Below, piece by piece: positions 9,274 through 19,454 of a stretch of DNA of 64,000 bases (position 1 is its first letter; the number at the start of each line of letters is the position of its first letter). Location of the stretch: positions 26,399-90,398 of the forward strand of contig CANRIX010000001.1 of assembly GCA_947630765.1 (NCBI GenBank). Direction: 5' to 3'. The position numbers and the translations under genes are program-made. This stretch comes from an uncultured Clostridia bacterium. Its GTDB lineage: Bacteria > Bacillota > Clostridia > Oscillospirales > CAG-382. The notes below the pieces were generated by a model. The model was not told the origin of the DNA. It worked only from the letters and a program-made list of their open reading frames with translations, and did not search any database.

Positions 9274-10671
9274 ATGTTGAAAACCAACTATGTTTGCGAA
9301 AATTGCGGGAATGTGACCGCAAAATGGTACGGAAAATGCCCGTCCTGCGGCGCGTGGAACTCTCTCGCAGAACAGGAAGCCGTCCCGGAACCGGCGCCGT
9401 CGCCGAAGGCGCGCCGTGCGTCCGCCCGCAACAATACCCAGACGGTCGAGCATTCCAAGGCGCTCCGTATCGACGAGATCACCTTCCAAAACGATATTCG
9501 TTTCCTGACCGGGCTCGGCGAATTTGACCGGGTGCTCGGAGGTGGATTGGTCGAGGGTTCGGTCGTGCTGATCTCCGGCGAGCCGGGCATCGGAAAATCC
9601 ACCTTGCTGCTGCAAATTTGCCAGTTTGTGGGGCAAAAAGCGAGGCTTTTATATGTCACCGGCGAGGAATCCATCTCGCAGATCAAGCTGCGTGCGAACC
9701 GCGTCGGCGTCGATACGCAGAACCTGCTCGTTTTGAGTGAAACGTCGGTCAATAAAATCATCCCGGAAATCAACACGGTACAGCCGGATGTGGTGATTAT
9801 CGACTCGATCCAGACCATGTACGACGAGAATTATCCGTCCTCGCCGGGTACGATCACGCAGGTCAAGCAGGCGACCATGCAGTTGATCGCCAAAGCGAAG
9901 GAGGACAAGGTTTCCATTTTGATCGTCGGGCACGTCAATAAGGACGGCGCGATCGCCGGTCCGAAGGTGCTCGAACATATGGTCGACGCCGTGCTCTATT
10001 TTGAAGGCGACAAGCAGCACGCATACCGCATCATCCGTGCGGTCAAGAACCGCTACGGCTCGACCAATGAGATCGGCATGTTTGAAATGTCGGACGACGG
10101 GCTGACAGAGATCGAAAAACCGTCCGAACGCATCCTCCAGCAGCGTCCGAAGGACGTTCCCGGCAACTGTGCGGCGGCGGTCATGGAGGGCAGTCGGCCG
10201 ATGATCACCGAGATCCAGGCGCTTTCCTCCAATACGACGTTTCCGTCGCCCCGCAGAATGTCTTCAGGTTTTGATTATAATCGGCTTTCGCTGCTGCTCG
10301 CAGTCCTTGAGAAACGGATCGGGCTACGCTTCTCGTCGCAGGACGTCTATCTGAATATCGCGGGCGGACTGCGGATCGACGAGCCGGCGTGCGACGCCGC
10401 CGCCGCGATGGCGCTGCTTTCCAGCTATAAGGAGATCCCGGTGCCAGAGGATCTGATCGTCATGGGCGAAGTCGGCCTCGCCGGCGAATGCCGCTCCGTC
10501 AGCGTGCTGGATCAGCGGCTGAGCAATGCCGCACGGCTGGGATTCAAGCGTGCCGCGATCCCGTACCACAACGCGGAACGGTTGAAAAACGCATACGGCA
10601 TGGAGATCATTCGTCTGCGGAGTATTTTCGATTTATTGCGTCTGCTGGACGCGCCAAAGAAGGAAGAATAA
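9274..10671 (+). CDS. radA: DNA repair protein RadA
   Basis: Start MLKTNYVCENCG after RBS gggagg. Zinc ribbon CENCG..CPSCGAWNS, Walker A GEPGIGKSTLLLQ, KNRYG motif, and a Lon-like C-terminal domain. Confidence 0.92.
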   Translation: MLKTNYVCENCGNVTAKWYGKCPSCGAWNSLAEQEAVPEPAPSPKARRASARNNTQTVEHSKALRIDEITFQNDIRFLTGLGEFDRVLGGGLVEGSVVLISGEPGIGKSTLLLQICQFVGQKARLLYVTGEESISQIKLRANRVGVDTQNLLVLSETSVNKIIPEINTVQPDVVIIDSIQTMYDENYPSSPGTITQVKQATMQLIAKAKEDKVSILIVGHVNKDGAIAGPKVLEHMVDAVLYFEGDKQHAYRIIRAVKNRYGSTNEIGMFEMSDDGLTEIEKPSERILQQRPKDVPGNCAAAVMEGSRPMITEIQALSSNTTFPSPRRMSSGFDYNRLSLLLAVLEKRIGLRFSSQDVYLNIAGGLRIDEPACDAAAAMALLSSYKEIPVPEDLIVMGEVGLAGECRSVSVLDQRLSNAARLGFKRAAIPYHNAERLKNAYGMEIIRLRSIFDLLRLLDAPKKEE

Positions 10672-10675
10672 GCGA

Positions 10676-10707
10676 CAGCGCGTCGGAAGAAATTCCGACG
10701 CGCTTTT
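10676..10707 (+). terminator. rho-independent terminator after radA
   Basis: Stem GCGCGTCGGA / TCCGACGCGC around loop agaaat, followed by TTTT. Confidence 0.7.
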
Positions 10708-11052
10708 CAAACAGACGAAAACGCAATATACAGGTATGTTCGCACAAATTCACCAAAGGGGTACGTTCTGGCGGTAGTCTCGAACGATACCAGCACGTCC
10801 GCAGCGTCCTAAACATCCCGGTAACGCCCGCTTTCCCGCCTTTTTCTCCTATTCACCCCTCTTTTATTATACAAAATTTGCATTTTGTATAATGATGTGC
10901 TTCGGAAAGGGGGGGAACAAAAAGGGTCTTCGCGCAGGCGCGGAAATGCGGGTCCGGCGCGTATCCCCCGCGGTTTTATGTCAGAACTGAAAGGCAGCGT
11001 CATATCGGAGCACATCCGACATCGCAACAGAAATACGCCACTCCTCACCGTT

Positions 11053-12768
11053 TTACGTCGTATCGTGGCGGAACTGCGACTGGTACAGGCGGTCGTACAC
11101 GCCGTGCTGCGCGAGCAGTTCGTCGTGCGTACCGTACTCGACGATGTCGCCATGCTCCATTACAAGGATCATTCCGCATTCGCGGATCGTCGACAGCCGG
11201 TGCGCGATCAAAAACGTCGTCTTTCCGCGCATGATCTCCCGGAAGGTTTTGGAAATACGCATTTCGGTCACAATGTCGACGTTGCTGGTCGCTTCGTCCA
11301 GAATCAGCATTGGACGGTTCACCAGCATCATTCGCGCGATCGCAAGCAGCTGCCGCTGTCCGGCGGACAGGTTGCTGCCCTCCTCCTCGATACGGGTATC
11401 GTACCCGTTCGGCAGACGCTCAATAAAAGCGTGCGCATGGGCCGCTTTCGCGGCGGCGATCATCTCGTCATCGGTCGCGTCCGGCTTCGCAAACAGCAGA
11501 TTTTCCCGCACCGTTCCGGCGAACAGCCAGCTTTCCTGCAGGACCATTCCAAACTGTTTTCGCAGTTCATCTCGTGGTATATTGGATATATCCATGCCAT
11601 CTATGGTAATTTTCCCGCCGTCCAATTCATAAAAACGCATCAGCAGATTGATCAGCGTTGTCTTCCCTGCGCCGGTCGGACCGACGATCGCGACCTGCGT
11701 TCCGGCGGGAATGTGCATGGTACAGGACTTGATCAGCGGCGTTTTGCCGTCGTAAGAGAAGCACACCTGTTCAAAGTCGATCTCACCGATCGGCTTTTCC
11801 GGCAGAGAGCGCGTGCCGTCCGGGGACATTTCCGGTTCGTCGAGCAGGGCGAACAGCCGCCGCGCGGACGCCATAGCGCTCTGGACCTGCATGGTCAGCG
11901 ACGTGATCTCGTTGAACGGCTTGGAGAACTGCGACATATAGTTGAGAAATGCGGCGATACTGCCTGGCGACATGCGCACGAGCAGCGCGAAGATCCCGAC
12001 GAGGACGTACGCCGTGTTATTGACGAATCGGGTCGTCGGATTGACGAGCGCCGACGCGAACTGTGCGCGGTACCCCGCGTCGTACAGCTTTTGGTTGAGC
12101 CGGTCGAACTGTTCCGCCGAACGCCCTTCGTAACGGAAAAGCTTGACCGTATGGGCGGAACTGATAAGCTCCTCCGCGTAGGCGTTCACGTCGCCCAAAA
12201 TCTTCGCCTGTTCGCGGAAACGTTTTTTGCCATACTTCGTGATGGCACGACCGACGAAAAAGCAGAGCGGCGTCGCGATCAGAACGACGACGGTCACCCG
12301 CACGTCCAAATAGAGCATGAATCCGAGCGAGATCAGAATGGATGACACGCCAGAGAGCAGCTGGACGATACTGCTGTTCAGCCCGTCGCTGACCGCCTCG
12401 ACGTCGTTGGTGAAGCGGGAAATGATGTCCCCATGCGGCGTGCGGTCAAAATAGGAAAGCGGGAGACGCGACAGCTTTTCAAACAGGCTCTTGCGGAGCG
12501 TATTCGCCGCTTCCTGCGCGACGCGGACCGCTAACCGTGCGCTGAGCCACTGGAACAGCACGCCGATCCCGTAAAAAAGCAGCAACGAGAGCAAAAGGGA
12601 CAGCCACGGCTCCCCTGCGAAGATCGCGTCGATCGTCGAACCGATGCGCTTCGGCGCAAGGAGCAGGGCGACATTCCCGAGCAACACGAGCGCGAAGACC
12701 GCGAGCAGCGTCTTTTTCGACCCGCCGAGCAGACGAAGCAGGCGGCGGAAGGTGCGTTCCTTTTTCAT
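11053..12768 (-). CDS. ABC exporter, fused permease/ATPase subunit (heterodimer partner 2)
   Basis: 571 aa. N-terminal six-helix TM domain, Walker A GPTGAGKTTL, signature LSAGQRQ, Walker B ILILDEATS. Its start overlaps the upstream gene's stop by 4 nt. Confidence 0.9.
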   Translation of the reverse strand: MKKERTFRRLLRLLGGSKKTLLAVFALVLLGNVALLLAPKRIGSTIDAIFAGEPWLSLLLSLLLFYGIGVLFQWLSARLAVRVAQEAANTLRKSLFEKLSRLPLSYFDRTPHGDIISRFTNDVEAVSDGLNSSIVQLLSGVSSILISLGFMLYLDVRVTVVVLIATPLCFFVGRAITKYGKKRFREQAKILGDVNAYAEELISSAHTVKLFRYEGRSAEQFDRLNQKLYDAGYRAQFASALVNPTTRFVNNTAYVLVGIFALLVRMSPGSIAAFLNYMSQFSKPFNEITSLTMQVQSAMASARRLFALLDEPEMSPDGTRSLPEKPIGEIDFEQVCFSYDGKTPLIKSCTMHIPAGTQVAIVGPTGAGKTTLINLLMRFYELDGGKITIDGMDISNIPRDELRKQFGMVLQESWLFAGTVRENLLFAKPDATDDEMIAAAKAAHAHAFIERLPNGYDTRIEEEGSNLSAGQRQLLAIARMMLVNRPMLILDEATSNVDIVTEMRISKTFREIMRGKTTFLIAHRLSTIRECGMILVMEHGDIVEYGTHDELLAQHGVYDRLYQSQFRHDTT

Positions 12769-14537
12769 GTGTCCTCCCCCTCCCCCGTCACGTTTTGCGA
12801 ACGGCAGATCTCCCGATAGGCGTCGCAGGTGCGGTACAGGTCGGCGTGCTTCCCCGCACCGGCGAGCCGCCCGTCGTCGAGCACGAGGATCAAGTCCGCG
12901 TGACGGACCGTGCTGACCCGTTGGGAGATCATGAATAGCGTCACGCCGTGCAGTTCCCGGCGGATCCCTTCGCGTACCGCCGCGTCCGTCGCGTAGTCGA
13001 GCGCGCTGGTCGCGTCGTCGAGCACGAGGATCTCGCTTCCCGCCGCGATCGCACGGGCGATGGCGAGCCGCTGCCGCTGTCCGCCGCTGAAATTTCGTCC
13101 GCCACGCGCGACGGGAGCGTCGTAGCCGTTTTCCTTTTCGCGGATGAATCCGTCCGCCTGCGCGATCTTCGACGCGCGTTCGAGCGCTTCCCGCGAAACG
13201 TCCGGGTCGCCGAGCGACAGGTTTTCCGCCACCGTACCGGAAAAGAGCTGTACCTCCTGCGGGACGACGGCGATTTTCCGACGGAGCGCTTCGAGCGTGT
13301 ACGACCGCACGTTCACGCCGTCGATCAGCACCTCCCCGTCCGTGCAGTCATACAAACGGGAAAGCAGATGGGTCAGCGTGCTCTTGCCGGACCCGGTACC
13401 GCCGATCAGCCCGACGGTCATACCGCGTTCGACGGTGAACGAAATATGCTCGAGCACGTTCTTTTCGTGGTAGGAAAAGGACACGTCCCGGAAGCACACG
13501 GCGGCTTCACCCGGGATCCCCTCGGTCACTTCCCCGTCCTGCGTTTCCGGTTCCGTCCGCAGCACTTCGCAGACACGCTTGGCGCTGACGTACGCTTTCG
13601 CGTACAGCACGACGAGGTTGGAAACCACAAGGACCGCCGCAAGGATTTGGTTGACATAATTAATCAACGCGATGATGTCCCCGCTGCTGACGTCGCCGTG
13701 ATCGGCAAACAGCCAACCGCTGATGGCGAGAATCAGGACGACCGCGAAATTGAGGATCAGCTGCGTCAGCGGGCTGAGCAGGATGCCCGCCCGGTTCGCG
13801 CGAACGGCGGAGCGCATCCAGTCGTCCGCGTTTTCGCGGTAGCGCTCCTCCTGCTCCTTCGTGCGGGTGAAGGCACGAACCACCCGCACTCCGGACAGGT
13901 TTTCCCGCAGAATGGCCGTCAGACGGTCGTTTTTCTTTTGCGTTTCGGCGTGCAGCGGCACGCTCCTGCGGGTCACGAGCACCATCGCGAGCAACAGCAG
14001 CGGCACGGCGAAAAGGATCACGAGCGCCAGCCGCGCCTGCATCCAGAACGCCATTACGATCCCGCCGATACACAGGAACGGCGCACGGATGACCAAACGG
14101 ATCAGCATGGCGACGGCGTTCTGCAAGGCGTTCACATCCGCTGTCAGGCGGTTGATCAGGGACGGCGTTCCGAACGCATCCAGTTCCCGGTGGGAAAGCG
14201 ATTGGATCTTGCGGTAGAGCACGCTCCGCAGCCTCGTGCCGTACCCCTGCGAAACCTGGCTCGCCCAATACTGGCACAGAATCGCCGAGCAAAGCCCGAG
14301 CGCGACGATCCCGACGAGGATCGCCCCTTCCCGCAGCACATAATCGCGGTACGGCTCCCCTGCTGCCTGCAGTTCCAGCACGCGGTCGATGACACCCGCC
14401 AGCCGCAGGGGCATATACAGCTCCAAAATCGCCTCAAACAGCTTGCAGAGCGGTCCCGCGATGCACTTCCACAGGAACGGGCGCAGATAGACCGCCAGCG
14501 GACGAATGACCGGCGGATTCTGTTCGTTTTTCCGCAT
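12765..14537 (-). CDS. ABC exporter, fused permease/ATPase subunit (heterodimer partner 1)
   Basis: 590 aa. TM domain followed by Walker A GGTGSGKSTL, signature FSGGQRQR and Walker B ILVLDDATS. Confidence 0.9.
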   Translation of the reverse strand: MRKNEQNPPVIRPLAVYLRPFLWKCIAGPLCKLFEAILELYMPLRLAGVIDRVLELQAAGEPYRDYVLREGAILVGIVALGLCSAILCQYWASQVSQGYGTRLRSVLYRKIQSLSHRELDAFGTPSLINRLTADVNALQNAVAMLIRLVIRAPFLCIGGIVMAFWMQARLALVILFAVPLLLLAMVLVTRRSVPLHAETQKKNDRLTAILRENLSGVRVVRAFTRTKEQEERYRENADDWMRSAVRANRAGILLSPLTQLILNFAVVLILAISGWLFADHGDVSSGDIIALINYVNQILAAVLVVSNLVVLYAKAYVSAKRVCEVLRTEPETQDGEVTEGIPGEAAVCFRDVSFSYHEKNVLEHISFTVERGMTVGLIGGTGSGKSTLTHLLSRLYDCTDGEVLIDGVNVRSYTLEALRRKIAVVPQEVQLFSGTVAENLSLGDPDVSREALERASKIAQADGFIREKENGYDAPVARGGRNFSGGQRQRLAIARAIAAGSEILVLDDATSALDYATDAAVREGIRRELHGVTLFMISQRVSTVRHADLILVLDDGRLAGAGKHADLYRTCDAYREICRSQNVTGEGEDT

Positions 14538-14790
14538 CGCAGGCGACCTCCTTTCAAACTGTCGAAAAAATCAGAAATGAAATAAAATACAATGAAAATA
14601 TTGTCCCGTAGGCGGACATGCGCCGCCGAAGGGGCACCTTGAGAGAAAACCGGCGATGGCGGCGTCAGAAGTGGCGCAAGCCGAGCCGGTTTTCGATCAA
14701 AGGGGGGTATTCGGGGGGAAAAAGCAGAGCAAGGCGACGCGTAGCGACGACGCCGCGATTGCGTTTGCCACCCGAAAGACGCGTCGTTTC

Positions 14791-15786
14791 TTATCCGCGA
14801 TCCGTAAAGATCGGTTCGATCTCCTCTTCCTGCGGGCGTTCCTCCGGGTGATCGCGGTAGTACGGCTCGATCATATAGGTTTCGATGACCGGGTAGGCCG
14901 CGTAGACGCCGATATACTGCAATATCCCGAACGTAAAGACAACCGGCAGGAACGTCCCGAACACCGGGAGCATCACATACAGGTAGACATTGATAAAAAT
15001 AGCCAAAGCGGACCCAAGCAGGCACAGCAGGCTTCGCTTCCAGCCGAGGAAAACCAAAAACAGAGAATTTTTGAGCAGTTTTGTAAACTTCAGATCGAAC
15101 GTGACGAGGATCAGGTAGATATAACTCCGCATGACGAAATAGATGAGCGAGGAGAACAGCACGACGTAAAACGCCATCTGCATGAAGAAGGTGTTGGCGT
15201 TGGCGTAGTAGGCGATCAGGTCGTACCCGAGGAACAGGATCAGCAGCGCGTCGAGGATCGCGATCGGAAGCCCTTGCCGCAGATTCCTGCGGATCGCCGA
15301 AAAGAATTCGCTCCACGGGGAAAGCGGTTCGCAGCGCACGACGCTGCGCATATTATACACCGCGCCGAGCGTGGAGATTCCAAAGGTCAAAATCAGCAGG
15401 AACGCGCAGTACATCAGCACCCGCGAAGCGGTCGAAACGATGTTCACGGTCGTGCCGACGCCGAAAAGCCCGTGCAGCATGGAGAGCATCGGACTTCTCT
15501 CCCCCGCCAGTTCCATTCCGTAAATCGTCGCATAGACCGGCGACATTGGCGCAGGAACACTGCTGTCGAGGTTGCCGGAAAGTCCGAACAGAAACAGCAG
15601 GAATGGGAAATTGCAGAGCGAAAAGAGGATGCTGGTCGAGGAAATGTTGCCCATACGGTTCTTGAAAAGCCGGAAAAAGAATCCAAGCCCCATTTTCTTG
15701 TCCCGTTCGACCTGCTGCTTCGTCACGCCCTTGCCGCTTCGGTTGTTCGTCCCGGAAAAGAAGTTGTAAATTCTGCCTTTGCCCAT
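14791..15786 (-). CDS. DUF624/YesL-like polytopic membrane protein
   Basis: 331-aa ORF with N-terminal block FFFRLFKNRMGNISSTSILFSLCNFPFLLFLFG and multiple TM helices. The family call is from memory of YesL-type sequences. Confidence 0.55.
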   Translation of the reverse strand: MGKGRIYNFFSGTNNRSGKGVTKQQVERDKKMGLGFFFRLFKNRMGNISSTSILFSLCNFPFLLFLFGLSGNLDSSVPAPMSPVYATIYGMELAGERSPMLSMLHGLFGVGTTVNIVSTASRVLMYCAFLLILTFGISTLGAVYNMRSVVRCEPLSPWSEFFSAIRRNLRQGLPIAILDALLILFLGYDLIAYYANANTFFMQMAFYVVLFSSLIYFVMRSYIYLILVTFDLKFTKLLKNSLFLVFLGWKRSLLCLLGSALAIFINVYLYVMLPVFGTFLPVVFTFGILQYIGVYAAYPVIETYMIEPYYRDHPEERPQEEEIEPIFTDRG

Positions 15787-15789
15787 CGG

Positions 15790-16698
15790 TCATGCCCTCG
15801 GATGATATTTCATATAGCTTTTCTGCATCTTGTTCTTTAAGTATTGCGTGTATTTCTGCGTGGAGGCGAGGTCGCGATGACCGAGGATCTCCTGGATCTC
15901 GTGAATGTCCGCCCCGTTTTCGAGCAGGTGCGCCGCGAAGGAATGGCGGAGCGTGTGCGGCGTGATGTCCTTTTGGATATTTGCTGCCCGCACATAGCCC
16001 TTGAGGATCTTCCAGAAGCCCTGCCGGGTCATTCGTTCGCCGGAAATGTTGACGAACAGCGCTTCCCCGCTTTGCCCGGACGTCAGGATCGGACGGGAGC
16101 GGTGCAGATAGACCTCCAGCGCGTGCATCGCGACCGGGTAGAGCGGTATGAGCCGTTCGTTTTCGCTCCCGCCGCAGCGCACGCAGGAAAGGGCGAGGTT
16201 GACGTCGGTCAGGTTCAGTCCGATGAGTTCGGAAACCTTGATGCCGGTCGCATACAGCAGTTCGAGCATCGCCTTGTCTCGCATGCCCTTCACGTCGTTC
16301 GTGTCCGGCTGGGAAAGCAGCGTTTCCACCTCGGCGGAGGTCAGGACATTCAGTTCCTTCTTCGCCGCCTTGTCGTTGTGGACGCCGCGAGCGGGATTGC
16401 TCTGCATCTGCCCGACGGCGACGAGGTACTGGAACATCCCCCGCAGTGCGGACAGCGAACGGCTGACGGACGACGCGGAAAGCCCGGTCGAGGAAAGATA
16501 CCGCTTATACTGCTCGACGTCCTCCGGCGTCAGCTCCGTGAAGCTGTCCACCCCGCGGACGTCCGCGAAACCGAAGAACTTTTCGAGGTCCCGGCGATAG
16601 GCTTGTACCGTGTTGTCCGGGGAATGCCTGACGCCGGACAGGTATTCCAGATAATGATGCAATTGTAAGGTCAATTGTCCGGAATCGTTCAGCATCAT
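15790..16698 (-). CDS. xerD: site-specific tyrosine recombinase XerD/XerC type
   Basis: 302 aa. C-terminal catalytic block HTLRHSFAAHLLENGADIHEIQEILGHRDLASTQKYT. No phage or mobile-element neighbours. Confidence 0.8.
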   Translation of the reverse strand: MMLNDSGQLTLQLHHYLEYLSGVRHSPDNTVQAYRRDLEKFFGFADVRGVDSFTELTPEDVEQYKRYLSSTGLSASSVSRSLSALRGMFQYLVAVGQMQSNPARGVHNDKAAKKELNVLTSAEVETLLSQPDTNDVKGMRDKAMLELLYATGIKVSELIGLNLTDVNLALSCVRCGGSENERLIPLYPVAMHALEVYLHRSRPILTSGQSGEALFVNISGERMTRQGFWKILKGYVRAANIQKDITPHTLRHSFAAHLLENGADIHEIQEILGHRDLASTQKYTQYLKNKMQKSYMKYHPRA

Positions 16699-16710
16699 GA
16701 AACTCCCACA

Positions 16711-17301
16711 TTAAGATAAACTCGAAAAAGGCAGAAACAAAAGCTCCGCAGCTCGACACAACAGGTACGCAACCGGGAACAGCAGGCAGAACGCGAGAAA
16801 GGACTTGCAGCAAAAAACATTTTTCCAGCCGGAGCGGGTCCGCAGAGAGGTCAGGAACGCTTCGACCGAGAAGAGCAGGACGCTCAGATACAGCGCGAGC
16901 AGCAGGCACAGGCAGAGCGTTTCGCGCACCGTAGAAAGCGCAAACGACCCGGCGGCACAGCCGAACAGGAAGGAAAACCAGACGAGTCCGCCCGGAACAG
17001 CCGCAACGCCGAACAGCGTCATCCCGCAAAACAGCATCGCCGGCAAGAGGACCTGCGACGCACGGAGCAAAGGCAAAAAACCGACGGTCATTCCCTGCAC
17101 CGACGCGTAATAGCACCCGAGCAGGATCCCGAAGGCGGCGAGCAGCAGCGCAGAAAGGTAGTACCGCTTTCGCCGGACGAACAGGGCGTCCATCGACCGA
17201 AAGAGCCTGCGCAGGGTTCGGCGCAAAGCGGAAATCGGATGTTTCTGCTTCGGCGGCACATACGGGACGAGCGCACGGACAGGGGGATCCGAAAGCGTCA
17301 T
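16711..17301 (-). CDS. small polytopic membrane protein, possibly SpoIIM-like
   Basis: Start placed at MTLSDPP (M69 of the track ORF) to avoid overlapping proC. About 196 aa with 5 hydrophobic helices. Adjacency to xerD resembles the spoIIM neighbourhood in other Firmicutes. The functional call is weak. Confidence 0.4.
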   Translation of the reverse strand: MTLSDPPVRALVPYVPPKQKHPISALRRTLRRLFRSMDALFVRRKRYYLSALLLAAFGILLGCYYASVQGMTVGFLPLLRASQVLLPAMLFCGMTLFGVAAVPGGLVWFSFLFGCAAGSFALSTVRETLCLCLLLALYLSVLLFSVEAFLTSLRTRSGWKNVFCCKSFLAFCLLFPVAYLLCRAAELLFLPFSSLS

Positions 17302-17348
17302 GAAAATCACCTCGGAACACCATATGCCGCTTGTCCCCCCACATATGC

Positions 17349-18182
17349 CTACAGAGAAGCAGAGATCTCGTCGGCACGCTTCGTGCAGGCGTCCATCGCG
17401 CGGGCGACGGTGCCGGCAAAATCGGCGTCCGAAAAGACCTGCATGGCGGCGAGCGTCGTTCCGCCCGGACTGCACACCCGTCGGATCAGCTCGTCGATCG
17501 GGCAATCCGCCTGTTCGATCATCTTCACGGCGCCCGTCACCGTGCGCAGGAGCAGCGGGAGCGCCTGCTCAGCGGAAATCCCCTGCTGTGCGGCGCCGTC
17601 AAGCATCGCCTTCACGAACAGGTAGACGTAAGCGGGCGAGGAGCCGTTGACGGAAATGACTGGGTTGAGCTGCGCTTCCTCGAGCACGGCGACCGTCGCG
17701 ATCGAGGAGAACAGCCGGCAGACGGTTTCAAACGCCCATTTCGGGACGCGCCCGTTCTCGCACAGCGCGACCGTCCCTTCGCCGACCTGGATCGGCGTAC
17801 TCGGCATCGTGCGGACGACCGGGACATCCCCGCCGGCGGCTTCGCATATCAACGCACACGGCACGGAAGCGGCGACGGATACGAACACCATTTCCCTGCG
17901 GTAGCCGCTTGCGCGAACGCATTCCGCGACGACTTCCCGCACGGTACCGGGCTTGACGCAAAGAAAAAGAAAATCGGCGCCTTCCAGCGCCTCCGCGATC
18001 GAACCTGCGGTCCGAACGCCGATGGCGCGAAACGAAGGGTACTTGTCCGCATGCTTACAGCAGACCGTGATCCGATCCGGCGCAAGCGCGCCGGAGGAAA
18101 CCAGACCGCGAATGATCGCGCCGCCCATGTTTCCGCCGCCGATGAACGCGCACCGACCGCCGTTGCTTTCCCATTTGCCCAT
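17349..18182 (-). CDS. proC: pyrroline-5-carboxylate reductase
   Basis: Rossmann motif FIGGGNMGGAIIRG and C-terminal block CSPGGTTLAAM. Start placed at MGKWES. Confidence 0.88.
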   Translation of the reverse strand: MGKWESNGGRCAFIGGGNMGGAIIRGLVSSGALAPDRITVCCKHADKYPSFRAIGVRTAGSIAEALEGADFLFLCVKPGTVREVVAECVRASGYRREMVFVSVAASVPCALICEAAGGDVPVVRTMPSTPIQVGEGTVALCENGRVPKWAFETVCRLFSSIATVAVLEEAQLNPVISVNGSSPAYVYLFVKAMLDGAAQQGISAEQALPLLLRTVTGAVKMIEQADCPIDELIRRVCSPGGTTLAAMQVFSDADFAGTVARAMDACTKRADEISASL

Positions 18183-18515
18183 CTGCGTGCGCACTCCTTT
18201 CCGCCGGTTCTGTCTGAATGAACCGAATACATTCCTATCTTACCTCATTTTGCCGGAAAATTCAAGAGGTTATCGAGAAATTCCCCAATTTCGTAAAAAA
18301 TGTAAGATTATTTGAGCGAATTATGGTAACCGAATTATGTAAACCGATGAAACCGGAAAAGAAAAGGGCAGGATATTGTGCCGCAGAGGGTCGAACGCGC
18401 AAGATGTTGTTTGTGCATATTGCCCCTTCGTTTCCTGTCGAATCGACGAACGAAAAACAAAAAAACGACGGACATGCGCTTATCCGCCGATTTTTTGGAC
18501 GATTCGACAGGGTTA

Positions 18516-18728
18516 TCAATTCTTCGTTTCGCGGTGGAAAAGCCGCTTTCGCAGGGATTCCGCGTGATTCTTCAGCTGTTCGGTCGCTTCGCGGTCGACG
18601 GTCAGGCGCAGGACGTCGCCCTCCTTCGCGTTGGCCGGGAGCAGTGCGGTCGGGAGATCAAGCGTCTTGCCTTTCTCGTATTCGCAGACCGCGAGTTCCC
18701 CCTCGAATCGATCGATGATCAATTGCAT
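18516..18728 (-). CDS. DUF3006 domain protein
   Basis: 70-aa ORF MQLIIDRFEGELAVCEYEKGKTLDLP.. matches the DUF3006 pattern as I remember it. Confidence 0.6.
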   Translation of the reverse strand: MQLIIDRFEGELAVCEYEKGKTLDLPTALLPANAKEGDVLRLTVDREATEQLKNHAESLRKRLFHRETKN

Positions 18729-18755
18729 TGGAAACCCTTCCTTCCTCGAATTTTG

Positions 18756-19436
18756 TCAACCTGCGTCCGCTGTGATATCGTCAAAGACAACGGGAATCCT
18801 CTTCTGCAGTTCAGCAAGCAATGGAATGGTGACTTCTCTGATTTGCGGATGTGCGCTCGGCGCGGTACGCAATTTGAAAAACGCCCTCCACTCCCTGTAA
18901 TTCGCCGTGATAATAATATTTGTTTTTGTTGCGTTTGGCAAAACGGAACGCGCCATCTGCGATGTCGCTCCCAATTCAATCATTTTCATATAATGCCGTT
19001 CTGCATCTTTCATCGCATCGAGCCATTCCAAGTAAACTTTCTCGATGTACTCCGCGTCCATCTTTTTCATCCTGCCATCGTCGTCAATCCCATTTTTTAT
19101 ATCAATGACAGAGATTTCATTTCCGAATTTTTCTTTGGAATAATTCACATAGCGCGTACTTTCTTGCGCGAAACTCGCGAGTCTATGACGCACCATTTCG
19201 TGGGATACGCCCCTGTCTACCGTGAACAGTACAGATAATGTGCTATGCTCGATCATAGCTTCATGTCCGTTCGCGATCAGCATCCTCACAAATTGCTTTG
19301 CGCTTTCGCCGTCATCGGTAATTTTATCTTCGGATTTATAGCACACGCGTCCAATCCGTTCGATATGCTGCAATTCCTCGATTCCTGTATCCGAAATTGG
19401 TGTCAATATTTCGTATCCGGCTTCCAGAACTTTCAT
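18756..19436 (-). CDS. thyX: FAD-dependent thymidylate synthase ThyX
   Basis: ThyX signature RHRLASFAQESTRY (RHRxxSxxxxSxR). Start placed at MKVLEAGYE. Markedly AT-richer than its surroundings. Confidence 0.88.
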   Translation of the reverse strand: MKVLEAGYEILTPISDTGIEELQHIERIGRVCYKSEDKITDDGESAKQFVRMLIANGHEAMIEHSTLSVLFTVDRGVSHEMVRHRLASFAQESTRYVNYSKEKFGNEISVIDIKNGIDDDGRMKKMDAEYIEKVYLEWLDAMKDAERHYMKMIELGATSQMARSVLPNATKTNIIITANYREWRAFFKLRTAPSAHPQIREVTIPLLAELQKRIPVVFDDITADAG

Positions 19437-19454
19437 GATGTACCTCCGTATCAA

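Noticed and set aside
14640-14700. Long-loop hairpin AAAACCGGC...GCCGGTTTT between the DUF624 gene and the ABC operon
   Set aside because: The loop is about 30 nt and the stem is short. It could be a weak terminator for the DUF624 gene, but the support is insufficient to annotate.
15790-16698. Tyrosine recombinase as a marker of an integrated mobile element
   Set aside because: Its size and catalytic block fit chromosomal XerD/XerC. Its neighbours are housekeeping or sporulation genes. No att-like repeats, phage genes or transposon genes are nearby.
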